Shown here: in pieces, positions 23,740 to 36,402 of the stretch
Numbering within the stretch: the stretch's first letter is position 1
Layout of the letters: every line of letters begins with the position of its first letter
NCBI GenBank assembly: GCA_030390025.1
Contig: CM059431.1
Location: forward strand, 158,412,001 to 158,476,000
DNA: 64,000 nt
Source of the DNA: Squalus acanthias
Taxonomy: Eukaryota
Direction: 5' to 3'
The notes under the pieces: generated by a model
Seen by the model: only the letters and a program-made list of their open reading frames with translations
What the model was told of the DNA's origin: nothing
The model's database searches: none
Made by a program: the position numbers and the translations under genes

Positions 23740-26275
23740 TTAAAGTGTTATTGCTGCGGGGGTGGGGCTGGGTCGGTGGGTAGACGGGGCTGGGTCGGTG
23801 GTGGGGCGGGGTTGGTTTGCTGAAAGGGCGGGGCTGGGTCGGTTGAGCGGCGGGGGATCGTTATCTGAGGGGGCGGGGCTGGGTCGGTGGGTAGAGGGGG
23901 ATGGGTCGGTGGTGGGGCGGGGTTGCATTGCTGAAAGGGCATGGCTGGGTCGTTTGGGGGCCGGGGGTTTGTTTCTGAGGGGGCGGGGCTGGGTCGGTGG
24001 GTAGAAGGGGCTGGGTCGGTGGTGGGACGGGGTTGGTTTGCTGAAAGGGCGGGGTTGGGTCGGTTGGGCGGCGGGGGATTGTTTTTTGAGGGGGCGGGGC
24101 TGGGTCGGTGGGTAGACGGGGCTGGGTCGGTGTTGGGCCGGGGTTGGATTGCTGAAAGAGCGGGGCTGGGTCGTTGGGGGGCCGGGGGATTGTTTTCTGA
24201 GGGGACGGGGCTGGGTCGGTTGGTAGACGGGGCTGGTCGGTGGTGGGGCGGGGTTGGATTGCTAAAAAGGGCGGGGCTGGGTCGGTGGGGAGGCGGGGAT
24301 TGTTTTCTGAGGGTGCTGGGCTGGGTCGGTTGTTAGATTGATCTGAGTCGGTTGGGGGTGGAAATGGATATCTGTGGTGTCGGAGATGGGTGAGGATGGA
24401 TTACTGAGGGTTCGGTTGGGGGGTCAGTGGGGAGGCGGGGCTGAGTGGGTGGGAGGCTGGACTGGGTCGGTGGGGTTTGGTGATGGATGACTAAGGGGGC
24501 GGGGCTGATTCGGTGTGGGGCGTGGCTGGGGCGTTGCGGGGTGGGGATTGATTGCTGTCGGTGGGGTGTGAGTTTGGGTCGGTAGGGATTGGGAATGTAT
24601 TGCTGAGGGGGCGTGGTTGGGTCTGTGGGGGGGCGGAGCTCGGTCGGTGAGGCGTGGGCCTGAATTGCTTGGGTCGTGGCTGGGTCGGTGGCTGGAAGGG
24701 GTTGTTCGGCACGGTCTGGGGATGATTTGCTGTGGGGGAAGGTTGGGTTCGGTGAGTAGATGGGGCTGCGTCGGTGGGGGCTGGTGATTATTTGTCGAGG
24801 GGGCCGGTCCGGGTCGGTGTGGGGGTGGGGCTGGGTCTGTGGGGGCGGGGCTGGGGCGGTGTGGGGTGGGAATGGATTGCTGAGGGGGAGGGGATTTCTC
24901 GGTGTGGGAGGCGGGGCTGTGTCGGTGGGTGGTGTGGATGAGTTGCTGACGGGGCGGGAATGGTACGGTAGGGGGCGGGGCTGGGTCGGGTGCAGTGGGG
25001 AGAGTTTGTTCGTGGTGCGTCTGTGTCGGTGAGGGGCGCGAATGGAATCGCTGAGGGGGCGGGGCTTTGTCGGTGGTTAGACGGGGCTGGGTCGGTGGGT
25101 GTTGGTGCTGGATTGCTGAGGGGGCGGGGCTGGGTCATTGAGTATGCGGGGCTAGGGTCGGTGGGGTGTGGGAATCGATTTCTGAGGGGGCGGGGCTGGG
25201 TCATTGAGTATGCGGGGCTGGGTCAGTGGGGTGTGGGGATCGATTGCTGAGGGGGCGGGGCTGGGTCATTGAGTATGCGGGGCTGGGTCAGTGGGGTGTG
25301 GGGATCGATTGCTGAGGGGGCGGGGCTGGGTCATTGAATATGCGGGTCTGGGTCCGTGGGGTGTGGGCATCGATTGCTGAGGGGGCGGGGCTGGGTCGGT
25401 GGTGTGGCGGGGATGTTTCGGGCGGGGGCGGGGATTGATTGCTGATTGCGGTGCTGGTTTGGTTGGTAGACGGGGCTGGGTCGGTGGGAATACTGGGCTG
25501 GGTCGGTGGGTGTTGGTGTTGGATTGCTGAGTGGGCGGGGCTGGATCATTGAGTATGCGGGGCTGGGTCGGTGGGGTGCGGGGATCGATTTCTGAGGTGG
25601 CGGGGCTGGGTCATTGAGTATGCGGGGCTGGGTCGGTGGTGTGTGTGGATCGATTGATGAGGGGGCGGGGCTGGGTCATTGAGTATGCGGGGCTGGGTCG
25701 GTGGGTTGTGGGGATCGATTGCTGAGGGTGCGGGGCTGGGTCGGTGGTGTGGCGGGGATGTTTCGTGCGGGGGCGAGGATTGATTGCTGAATTTGCGGGG
25801 CTGGTTTGGTTGGTAGACGGGGCTGGGTCGGTGGGAATACTGGGCTGGGTCGTTGGGGGGTGGTGTTGATTTGCTGAGGGGTTCGGGGCTGGGTCGGTGG
25901 GTAGACGGTTCTGGTCGGTGGGGTTTAGGGATGATTTGATGAGGGTGCGGAGCTGAGTGGGTAGGGTGGCTGGGTCGGTTGGAGGTGGGGATGTATTGCT
26001 GATGGGCGGGGCTAGTTCGCTGGGTAGACGGGGCTGGGTCGGTGGGGGTTGAGGAAGGTTCACTGGAATGGCAGAGTGAGGCTGTTTCCGTGGTTTGTGG
26101 GTCTTGAACAGTGGTGTGCGGTGCTGGGTCAGGGGGTGTGGGGCTTGATCAGTGGGTTGTGGGGTGGGTCAGTGGAGTGTGCGGCTGGGTCAGTGGGGTT
26201 TGGGGTGTTCAGTGGGGTGTGGGGCTGTGCCAGTGGGGCTTCGATGTTTGGCTGTGTCAATGGATGGATGAACAA
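23740..26275. repeat. G-rich compound satellite built on GGGGCTGGGTC(G/A)GTGG
   Basis: ~111-bp period at 23760-24340 (tgctgaaa at 23818, 23929, 24039, 24150) and 65-bp period at ~25115-25340. Confidence 0.93.
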
Positions 26276-26744
26276 ATGCACTTGAACTACACAGGGTCAA
26301 TGGGTGGCAAGCTCGAGGTTACCGAACCTCACTGCAAAGAAAAGATGTATTTGAGGATAATATAGTTAAGCAAGAGGAAGAAAGGAATTGGAAGATTCTG
26401 CTGATAGGGTTAGATAAACAGGGACGGGAGGAGGTTCAGGTAGAGTATAAACACAGGCATGAACCAGTTGAGCGAATGGACTGTTTCTGAGCTGTACATT
26501 CTATGCAATTCTCTGTATTAAAAAAGGGAAGTGACGGCGCTGCATTTTCTGAAGCAGTTTTGTAAAAGGAGAATATCGGAAGCTTTGTAATAATTCTGTA
26601 ACCTGCAGCACACAAACCCCTCCGCTTCAAATGGGAGATTCCAGTTGCCCAGCCAGAACACGTGGAATGTTTTGTCAAAGTAAAATGAGTTCAACAATGC
26701 CTGATACCATTAAACGCCAAATGAGACATGTTTATTTCAGAGTA
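26276..26744. repeat. Duplicated block paralogous to 50555-51030, continuing at 28995-29290 (paralog 51031-51310)
   Basis: Direct sequence match, e.g. aaaaagggaagtgacggcgctgcattttctgaagcagtttt. Includes an old CR1 3' tail. Confidence 0.92.
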
Positions 26745-27031
26745 GTCTGTGTTGCAGACAACTGAATTCAATCATCCTGACTGTTTATCTGCCGAGGTGT
26801 GATAAAGTTAATCAGGTCAGCCAGGAAGGTACCACATCAAAGACATAGCAAGATACAACTGAGACAATGAGGTGGAATCGCATTGTAAGTTACACATGCA
26901 TTGTTCTCTATCTATATATGCTTTGACGAAATTGTATCTCCTCAGTTCACCTGACGAAGGAGTTGTAACTCCGAAAGCTTGTGATTTAAAATAAAACTGT
27001 TGGACTATAACCTGGTGTTGTGCGACCTCTC
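26745..27031 (+). mobile_element. Penelope terminal-repeat insertion with inverted 5' segment and 12-bp TSD
   Basis: TATTTCAGAGTA at 26733-26744 and 27032-27043. ~26752-26874 is the reverse complement of ~30799-30917, and 26882-27031 matches 30918-31071 directly. Confidence 0.88.
26947..26984 (+). ncRNA. Minimal hammerhead ribozyme motif
   Basis: TCAC-CTGACGA-A-GGAGTT-GT-AACTCC-GAAAG-CTT-GTGA. Confidence 0.8.
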
Positions 27032-27043
27032 TATTTCAGAGTA

Positions 27044-28994
27044 TCCAGGGCAATTTGGCACATTGGATCCAAAATTGGCTTCGTGGCTGGAGGCAGAGCT
27101 TGATGGTCGGAAGTTGTTTTTGTGACTGGAAGCCTGTGTCCAGTAGTGTACTGCAGGGATCGGTGTTGGGTCCTTTGCTGTTTGTAGTGTACATTAATGA
27201 TTTAGATATGAATGTAGGAGGTATGATCAGTAAGTTTGCAGATGACACGAAAAATGGTGTGGTGGTAAATAGCGAGGAGGGAAGCCTCAGGCTACAGGAC
27301 ACTATAGACGGGTTGATCAAATGGTCAGAACAGTGGCAAATGGAACATAACGCTGAAAAGAGTGAGGTGATGAATTTTGGGAGGACTAACAAGGCAAGGG
27401 AATAAACAATGAATGGTAGGACCCTAGGAAGGACAGAGGATCAGAGGGACCGTGGTGTGCATGTACATAGATCTCTGAAGGAAGCACGACAGGTAGATAA
27501 GGTGGTTAACAAGGCATATGGGATACTTGCCTTCATTAGCCGAGGCATAGAATTTAAGAGCAAGGAGGTTATGATGGAGCTGTGCAAAACGCTAGTTAGG
27601 CCACAGCTGGAATACTGTGTGCAGTTCTGATCGCCACACTATAAGAAGGATGTGATTGCATTGGAGAGGGTGCAGAGGAGAATCACCAGGATGTTACATA
27701 GATACATAGATACATAGAAGATAGGAGCAGGAGTAGGCCATCCGGCCCTTCGAGCCTGCTCCGCCATTTAATGAGATCATGGCTGATCCTCCAATTCAGT
27801 ATCCCGTCCCCGCCTTCTCTCCGTAACCCTTAACCCCTTTTGCCTGTAGAAATATATCTAATTCCCTCTTAAATATATTTAATGAGCTAGCGTACACTGC
27901 CCTCTGTGGCAATGAGTTCCACAGGTTCACCACCCTCTGAGTGAAGAAATTCCCCATCATTTCTGTCCTAAATGGTTTAGCCCTTATCCTTAAATTATGT
28001 CCTCTAGTTCTGTTCTCACCCGCCAAGGGAAACATTCCTTCTGCATCTAGTCTGTCTAGACCTGTCAGAATTTTATACACTTCTATGAGGTCCCCTCTCA
28101 ATCTTCTAAACTCCAGTGTGTACATCCCTAAACTACATAGTCTCTCCTCATAGGTCAATCCCGCCATTCCTGGTATCAGCCTGGTGAATCGCCGCTGCAC
28201 CCCCTCCATGGCAAGAACATCTTTCCTCAGATGAGGCGACCAAAACTGTACACAGTACTCGAGGTGTGGTCTCACCAGTGCCCTGTACAGCTGCAGCAAG
28301 GTATCCCTGTTCCTGTATTCCAACCCTTTTGCTATGAAGGCCAGCATACCGTTTGCCTTCTTGACCGCCTGTTGCACCTGCATGCTCGCCTTCAGTGACT
28401 GGTGTACAAGAACACCCAGGTCTCTCTGTACTTCCCCCGCTCCCAATTTATTGCCATTTAAATAATAATTTGCCCTCCCGTTCCTGCACCCAAGGTGGAT
28501 AACTTCGCACTTCTCCACATTATAGTGCATCTGCCATTTATCCGCCCAATCACCCTGGGCTGCAGCGCTTCAGCTAGAAACTGGACAGGCTGCGGTTGTT
28601 TTCCTTAGAGCAGATAAGACTGAAGGGATACCTGATTGAGATGTACAAAATTATGAGGGGCATAGCTAGGGTAGATTGAATGGAACTTTTCACTTAGTAG
28701 ATTGGTCAATAACCAAGGGGCATAGTTTCAAATTAAGGGGCAGGAGGTTTAGAGGGAATTTGAGGAAAGACATTTTCACCCAGAGGGTGGTTGGAATCTG
28801 GAACTCACTGCCTGAAAGGGTGGCAGAGGGCGGAACCCTCACAACATTCAAGAAACATTTAGATGAGCACTTGAAACGCCATAGCTTAAAAGGCTACGGA
28901 CCAATTCTGGAAAATGGGATTCAAATAGACAGGGCATGTTGGCAGCGCGGTCCCGAAAGGCCTCTTACTGTGCTGTATAACTCTATGACTCTGT
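27044..28994 (+). mobile_element. 5'-truncated CR1 (host of a nested CR1)
   Basis: QGSVLGPLLFVVYINDLD and KFADDTK, with tail ctctatgactct. Absent at the paralogous site 51030. Confidence 0.9.
27698..28555 (-). mobile_element. Young 5'-truncated CR1 with an open RT C-terminus
   Basis: The ORF 27796-28530 (244 aa) is uninterrupted, the tail is (TATCTATG)n, and the copy is near-identical to 36681-37538. Confidence 0.93.
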
Positions 28995-29269
28995 GAGAGA
29001 GTTTGATCCAAGGGATGCACACAGTTTTCCACGTGGCTGAAGAGTTAGACATGTGTATCTCCATCTCCAGACTCCCTTTCCCCTCAATGTTTTGTCACCT
29101 CACGAATCTCTGCCCATCTTTCTCACAACTTCATATTTGAATCTCTCCAATCGAGTTTCTGCTCCTGACACAGCACTGAACTGAGAATAATAAAAGTCAG
29201 AAATGAAACGTTCTATGCCTGCGAAAGTGGTAAATTATCCCCCCTCATTTTTCTTGACCTCTGCAGCGT

Positions 29270-30383
29270 TTACACGGTCCAGCACAACATCCTCCACCGC
29301 CTCTCCTCCGTTGTCCAGCACAGTGGGACTGTCCTTGCTTGGGTTCACTTTTAACCATCCAGTCTTACCCAGAGAATTTTCATCAAGGGCTTCACTTCCC
29401 TCTGCCGCACTGTTACCCTGGAGACTCCCGTAGATCCCCTCTCTCCCCCTCTTATTTCTCATCTGCATGCTGCACATTGGAGACATTATCCGAAGACAAG
29501 TGATCAGCTTTCACATGTACGCCAACAATTATCTTCTCCACCTCTACACCACCTCTCCCGCCACCTGCACTGACTCTGCTTTCTCACGCTGCTTGTCCGA
29601 CAGCCTGTCTGAGATATGATACACGTTTCTCCAAATAAACATTGGTAAGACCGAAGACATGGTCTTCGACCCCCGCCACAAATTGTTTTCCCTTGTGGTA
29701 ATTCCATCCCCGTCCATCTAGTGTCTCCGATTGAACCAGACTGTTTACAACCTCAGCGTTCTATATGACGACAAGCTGAGCTTCCGACCCGATATTTTCT
29801 CCATCACAAACACCGCCTGCTTCCACCTCCGTAACATCACCCATCTTTATCCCTGCTTCAGTCCATCTGCTGCTGAAATCCTCATCCTTGCTTTGATCAC
29901 CTGTAGACTCGATATTTCTAGTGCTCTCCGGGTCGGCTTTGTCCTTTTACTCTCCGTAAACTTGGGTGGATCCAAAATGCTGCTCAACGATCACCCCTGT
30001 CCTTGCGAACCTACATTGGCTCCCACTCCCCCAGTACCTCCAAATTAACATTCGCATCCTCGTTTAAATCCCTTCATGGTCCTTTTCCTTCCTTTCTCTG
30101 ACACATCCTTCAGCCGTACATGCCCCCACCACCAAGGTCTCTCTATTCCTCCGGCTCTGGGCGCGAGTGCATTTCTGCATCTCCTCAGCCCATCTATGGC
30201 GACTGTGTCATCGGCTGTCCGGGTTCTCTTATCTGAAATCCCCCACCTAACGCTCTCCAGCTTCTTCCACTCCTACTAAGATGCTCCTAAACCCGATTTA
30301 TTTTACCAACATTTTGGACCACTCCACCTTCAAGCTCCTTTCTTCAGCACCAATCTTTTTTCTGATTCGGCTCCTGTGAAGCA
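29270..30383 (+). mobile_element. Old L2 3' fragment, paralogous to 36403-38205
   Basis: FHMYA remnant, ACFHLRNI and the L2 tail start ggctcctgtgaagca. Confidence 0.8.
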
Positions 30384-31115
30384 TGGTATATCGGCAAGAC
30401 CATGCAGACACTGAGACAACGTATGAACGAGCACCGCGCAACAATCACCAGGCAGGATTGTTACCTCCCAGTCGGGGAACACTTCAGCAGTCAAGGACAT
30501 TCAGCCTCGGATCTGCGGGTAAGCGTTCTCCAAGGCAACCTTAGAAACACACGACAACGCAAAATCATCGAGCAGAAACTGATAGCCAAGTTCCGCACTC
30601 ATGAAGACGGTCTCAACCGGGATCTTGGGTTTATGTCACGATACATGACGTGATCCGGACTCGAGTCATCGTTGGCTTGTTCACAGATGTGATTCCCAGT
30701 AAAAAAGTAAAAATGTTCCCAGTAAAAAAGTAAAAATTTTAAAGCTTTTCGTTTTACATACAGACGGCAGCTTTTGACACGTTAGAACCCCTGCGACTAC
30801 ACCTCATTGTCTCAGTTGTATCTTGCTATGTCTTTGATGTGGTACCTTCCTGGCTGTCTTGATTAACTTTATCACACCTCGGCAGATAGTCAGGATGATT
30901 TAATTTAGTGGTCTGCAATTGTAAGGTACACATGCTTTGTTCTCTATCTATATATGCTTTGGCGATTCTGTATCTAATTTACTTCACCTGAGGAAGGGGC
31001 AATCGATAGCTCCGAAAGCTTGTGATTTCAAATAAAACTGTTGGACTATAACCTGGTGTTGTGCGACCTCTCAATTTTGTCCACCCCAGTCCAACACCGG
31101 CATCTCCGCATCATG
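30384..31115 (+). mobile_element. Penelope-like element 3' end (GIY-YIG C-terminus plus terminal repeat)
   Basis: WYIGKTMQTLRQRMNEHR...PVGEHFS...EQKLIAKFRTHEDGLN, followed by a hammerhead and AATAAA. Confidence 0.9.
30984..31025 (+). ncRNA. Minimal hammerhead ribozyme motif
   Basis: TCAC-CTGAGGA-A-GGGGC-AATCGATA-GCTCC-GAAAG-CTT-GTGA. Confidence 0.78.
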
Positions 31116-33330
31116 AGCGATTATAATCAGGGATGCTCAAAAGGGCAGAATTATAACAGCTCATTTATCTCGAGGGATGGAGTTTTTGGGCTGGAAGAGC
31201 TTAGAGGTAGGGCGGGGTGAAAATTTTGAAATCGAGGCATTGCTTAACCGGGAGCCAATGTAGGACAGCGTGCACAGGGGGGACCGGCGAGTTAGAACAC
31301 TGGCAGCCGCGTTTTGGATGACATTAAGTTTACGTAGGGTCGAACGTGGGAGGCCAGACAGTGGCGCGTTGGAATAGTCAATTCTAGAGGTAACAAAGGC
31401 ATGGATGAGGTTTTCAGTAGCAGTGGTGGAGTTGGGTAATGTTACGGAGGTGAAAATAAGCGGTGTTAGTTATGCTGTGGATATATGGTAGGAAGCTCAT
31501 TTCAGGGTCAAATTTGACAACAAGTTAGCGAATAGTGTGGTTCAGACTCAGACATAAGTTAGGGAGAGGGATGGAGTCGGTTCCGCGGGAATGGAGTTTG
31601 TGGCTGGGAACGAAATCAATGGCTTCGGTCTTCCCAATAGTTAACTGGATAAAATTTCTGCTCATCTACAGCTGCATGTCGGAAAAGCAGTCTGAAATTT
31701 AGAGATGGTGGAGGTTTCAAGAGAGTGATGGTGAGTTCAAGGTGGGTATCGTTCGCATACATGTGGAAACTGACGCTGTGTTTTCCGATGATGTCCTCAA
31801 GGGGCAGCAGGTAGATGAAAAATAGGAGGCAGCCACAGATAGATCCTTGTGGGACACTAGAGCTTACGATGCTAAAGCTTGAAAAGAAGCCATTACAGGT
31901 CATCCTCTGGCTACGATAGATAAGAATTGAAACATGCGAGTGCAGTCCCACCCAGCTGGACGACGGTGGAGAGGGTGGAATGATCAACCGTGTCAAAGGC
32001 TGCTGAGAAGACGAGAAGGACAAGGAGGGATAGTTTATACGTGTTTCAGTCACAAAGGATGTCATTTGTGAATTTGATGAGAGCCGTTTACGTAATGTGG
32101 CATAGGCGGAAATCCAATTGGAAGGACTCATATATGGAGTTCCGGGAAAGATGGGAATGGATTTGGGAGGTGACAACATGTTCAAGGAATTTGCAGTGGA
32201 AAGGGAGGGTGGAGATGGGGCGGTAGTTTGCAAGGACGGAGGAGTCGAGGGTTGTTTTTTTTGAGGACAGTGGTGATGATGAAAGATTTGAAGGAGAGGG
32301 TGACAGTACCTCAGGAGAGAGAGCCGTTAACAATGTCAGCTAACATGGGAGCCAGAATAGGAAGTTGGGTGGTCAGCGGTTTGTTGGGAATATGGTCGAG
32401 CGAGCAGGAAGTGGGTCTCATGGACAAGATGAGCGTGGAGATGTCAGGGGAGGAGACCAGAGAGAAGCTGGAAAAAAGATTTGAGTTCAGGGCTAGGGCA
32501 GCGGGGAGCCTTAGGAAATGTTTGGCCCGGTGGGCTAGGGAAAAGATGAGAAGTGGCTGAGGCAGCTGATCGTATGGTATTAATCTTAGAGAAAAGAAGT
32601 CCATGAGCTCCTCACACATGTTGCTGTAGGTGAGGGTGGAGGAACAGGGGAGAGGGGTTTAAGAAGACGGTTAACAGTAGAAAATAGGAGCCGGGGTTCA
32701 TCTTTGCATTCCAGAATGATTCTGAAATAGAGAGCAATTTTGGGAGACGAGAGAAGGACCCAATAATGCTTTATGTGGTCCAGCCAGATCTGGCTGCAAA
32801 TGGCTAAACCAGTTGCCCGCAATGTCCGTTCAAGTCTGCGTCTCTTGGAATTAAGGGAGCAAAGATGAGGGCTGTAACAGTTGAAAAAGCCAGGGTGAGA
32901 CAGTGTGATTGTTTTAATATGGACTAGGGCATCGAAGGTGGTGGTGATGGTATGGTTGATCAGATCGGTAGCTGCAGAAATGTTGTGGTGAATGGAGGGC
33001 CAAAAGCTGGATAGCTGGGATTTCGTAAGTGCAGTTGTAACAGAGTTGGGAGAGAGCTTTTTCGACACAGAATGAAGTAAGTTTGAGGGGGAAGGGGGAT
33101 GTGGAAGGACTGGGGTAGGGATTTGGGAAGCAACGTATCCGAAAGAAGAGAGATGAAAGGAGGCATGCATGGCCTACTCGAGGGGCCGAATGGCCTACTC
33201 CTGCTCCTATCTTCTATGTTTCTATTTTTTCTATGACGACTGGAGAGAGAGATCAGGTAGGGTTAGAGAGAAAAGGAAAAGAGGGGAGAAAAAAATGGAA
33301 ATGGAAGTGAATGGCTCGGGTCTGGACCGG
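31116..33330 (-). mobile_element. Decayed L2 LINE (unit 2) with a tiny CR1 tail insertion at ~33168-33234
   Basis: LANYRPISTLPF and SFHMYANDT. The insert ggccgaatggcctactcctgctcctatcttctatg is absent from the paralogs. Confidence 0.88.
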
Positions 33331-34880
33331 CATACAAAATACACACGGAAGATCAACGGGACTCATTGGATGTCACCCGGAAGCTGCCTGTGTCGCACCT
33401 GATCTGGAGTGGTGATCGTAACACTCGGGAAAAGTTGCTAACCAGAGCTAACAGTTTGTTGTACTGATTGGGGAGGAGGGACTTGATATCTTGTTTAACA
33501 AGACATCGTTCTGCTTCTCATCTTAATATTTCAGCTTAAACCTTCTGTTAGTATAATTATTAAAAGCATCAGGAACAGGGAACGCCTGTCACCGCCATAG
33601 CTGATGTTCCAAACAGGGGAAAAGATCCAACATCTTCAACAAAAAGGAGAAAGGACAAAGGTAGGATCACAAAAATCTTTACAATATAATTTCTGTCCCG
33701 ACAAAGGGATCAGATCTAATGCATGAACTTGCAGCTCACACAGGAAGAGGGAACAGGACAGGGGATGAATACAAAGTGGGAAGTGAGTGAACATCTGGAG
33801 AGGCACCGCAGACACTTGTGCAGGGAGCCCCTGAGTACTGGAACTTTTCAATAGATACCTGTTTTTTGGGGACCGTAAGCTAGATAGAGGTAGAGACACG
33901 TTGAAGGGTCCTTATGAGCAACAGTGTGACATCAGGGAGCAGGAGGCCACCCCGAGTGGTGCAGAGGTGAGAGGCAGGTGGGGAACAAAAATAGGATAGA
34001 GATAGTGGTGGGAGATTCTATGGTCAGGTGAATAGACATACTAGTCTTCAGCCCTGAGCAGGTGTCAAGTGGGAAGATGCCTCCGTGGTGCCAGATAGAA
34101 GAACATCCCGGAAAAGTTAGGAACATCTCTGGGAAGTAAAGGAGAGCAGCAATTACCCGTGGTCGGAATCAGTAACACGGATAGAAATACGTTTACAGAG
34201 TGAATATTGAGACTGAGACACTAGATTAAAGACAAGGCATCACGACGGCGATCTCTGGATTGTTTTGCACTGGGCCACTTAGTGAGGGAAATATGAGGCA
34301 GATCAACATGAGCCTGCTTGGCTGGAGTAAGAGGGAAGGGTTCATATTCTTGGGGGACGTGGGTGAGTTCAGGGAAAAGGGAAGGGAGGGCCGCGATCTT
34401 AACCCACCAACAGCAATGTTTTCACAGAATAGGTGAATGGAGCAGTGGGAAAGGTATCAGCTGATATGATTGTAGTGTGAGAAATATCCGCATCTGAGAC
34501 TACAGAGCGGAATTCCTGAAACTGTTGAAGTTGAAACAGAATATTTATGAAACAGTGAAAAATTATTAGCAGAAAAAAGGAAGGTTGTTTTCGAGTAGTG
34601 AGAGATGAAGTCACTTGGTGTTAAAACAAATGTAAAATAAAATAGGATAAACATTCTATGGAATTGGATTTAGAATTGACTGTTATGTATGTAAATGTAC
34701 AAATTATTCCTATGACACTTGGAATGTCAGAGGCATGAAAGATGTGATTTAGTATCTATAGGACAGGGCCTAGGATTTCACTGGACTAAGAGAAATGTTC
34801 CTGGTCATAACATTTTGAGGAGAAAGAAAAATAATTGTTAACGCCAGAATTAATAAAGTGTTCCAGGACAACACTAGCAC
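33330..34880. repeat. Segmental-duplication core block, copy 2
   Basis: Colinear with copies 1, 3 and 4. Confidence 0.92.
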
Positions 34881-36402
34881 TACAAAACCCTTGGATTTCT
34901 ACAGCATCATTAACATAGTAAAACGTATCAAGGCGCTTCACAGGAGCGTTATCAAACATAATGTGACACCGGGACACATCAAATATTAGGACAGGTGAAC
35001 AAACGCTTCGTCAAAAGGAAGGTTTTAAGGAGCGTCTTATAGGATGAAAGATGTGGAGAGGTTTAGGGTGGGAATTCCAGCAAAAATAGGGCCTGGGCAA
35101 CTGAAGGCAGGATTGCCAATGGTTGAACGATTATAATTGGCGATTGCTCAAGAGGGAAGAATTATAACAGCTCATTTATCTCGGGGATGCAGTTGTTGGG
35201 CTGGAAGAGATTACAGAGGTAGGGAGGGGTGAGAATTTTGAAAACGAGGCGTTGCTTAACCAGGAGCCAATGTAGGTCAGCGAGCACAGGGGATATGGAC
35301 AAACGAACTTGGTGTGAGTTTGGAAAGTGACAGCAGAGTTTTGGATGATCTCAAGTTTATGTAGGGTCGAACGTGGCAGGCCAGCCATGAGCGCGTTGGA
35401 ATAGTCAAGTCTAGAGGTAATGAAGGTATGGATGAGGGTTTCAGTAGCAGGGATGCAGATGGGCGACGTTACGGCGGTGGAAATAAACGTTATTAATTAT
35501 GCTGCGGATATGTGGTTGGAAGCTCATGTCAGGGTCAAATGTGACATTAAGGTTGCGCACAGAGTGGTTCAGCGTCAGACATATGTTAGGGAGAGAGATG
35601 GAGTCGGAGGCTAGGGAATTGAATTCGTGGTGGGGAACGAAAACAATGGCATTGATCTTCCCAATATTTAACGAGAGATAATTTCTGCTCACCCAAAACA
35701 GGATGTCGGACAAGCAGTCTGACAATTTAGAAATCGATGAGGGGTCAAAAGATGTGGTGGTGAGTTGGAGCTGGGTGTCGTTAGCATACATGTGGAAACT
35801 GATGCTATGTTTTCCGATGATATCATCAAGGGGCAGCATGCAGATGACAACTAGAGAGGCGGCCACGGTTAGATCCTTGTGGGACACCAGAGGTAATGAT
35901 GCGAGAGCGGGAAGAGAATCCATTGCAGGTGATTCACTGGCTACAATTGATAAGAATGGAACCAGGCGAGTGCAGTCCCACCAGCTGGACGACGGTGGAG
36001 AGGCGTTGCAGGAGCGCTGAGTTGTCAACCGCGTCAAAGGCTGCTGAGAGGTCGAGAAGGACGAGGAGGGATAGTCTGTATTAGTCGCAGTCACATAGGA
36101 TGTCATTTGAGACTTTGATGAGAAGCGTTTAGGTACTGTGGCAGGGTTGGAAACTCGATCGGAGGGACACAAATATGGAGCTCCGGGAAAGATGGCCATG
36201 TATTTGGGAGGTGACAACACTATCAAGGACTTTGGAAGGAAAGGGAGATTGGAGATGGGCGGTAGTTTGCAGGGACGAAGGAGTCGAGGTGTTTTTGGAG
36301 GAGTGTGGTGATGACGGCAAATTTGAAGGAAAGGGGGACAGTAACTGAGGCGAGAGAGCCGTTAACAATGTCAGTCAACATGGGAGCCAGAAAAGGAAGT
36401 TA
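34881..36402 (-). mobile_element. Decayed L2 LINE 3' half
   Basis: L2 tail (aaggcgcttcacaggagc) and SFHMYANDTQL. Resembles 31116-32370. Confidence 0.85.

Noticed and set aside
16413..25340. CRISPR-like arrays (45-bp and 65-bp repeats)
   Set aside because: Head-to-tail repeats with no unique spacers, no cas genes, and a vertebrate context.
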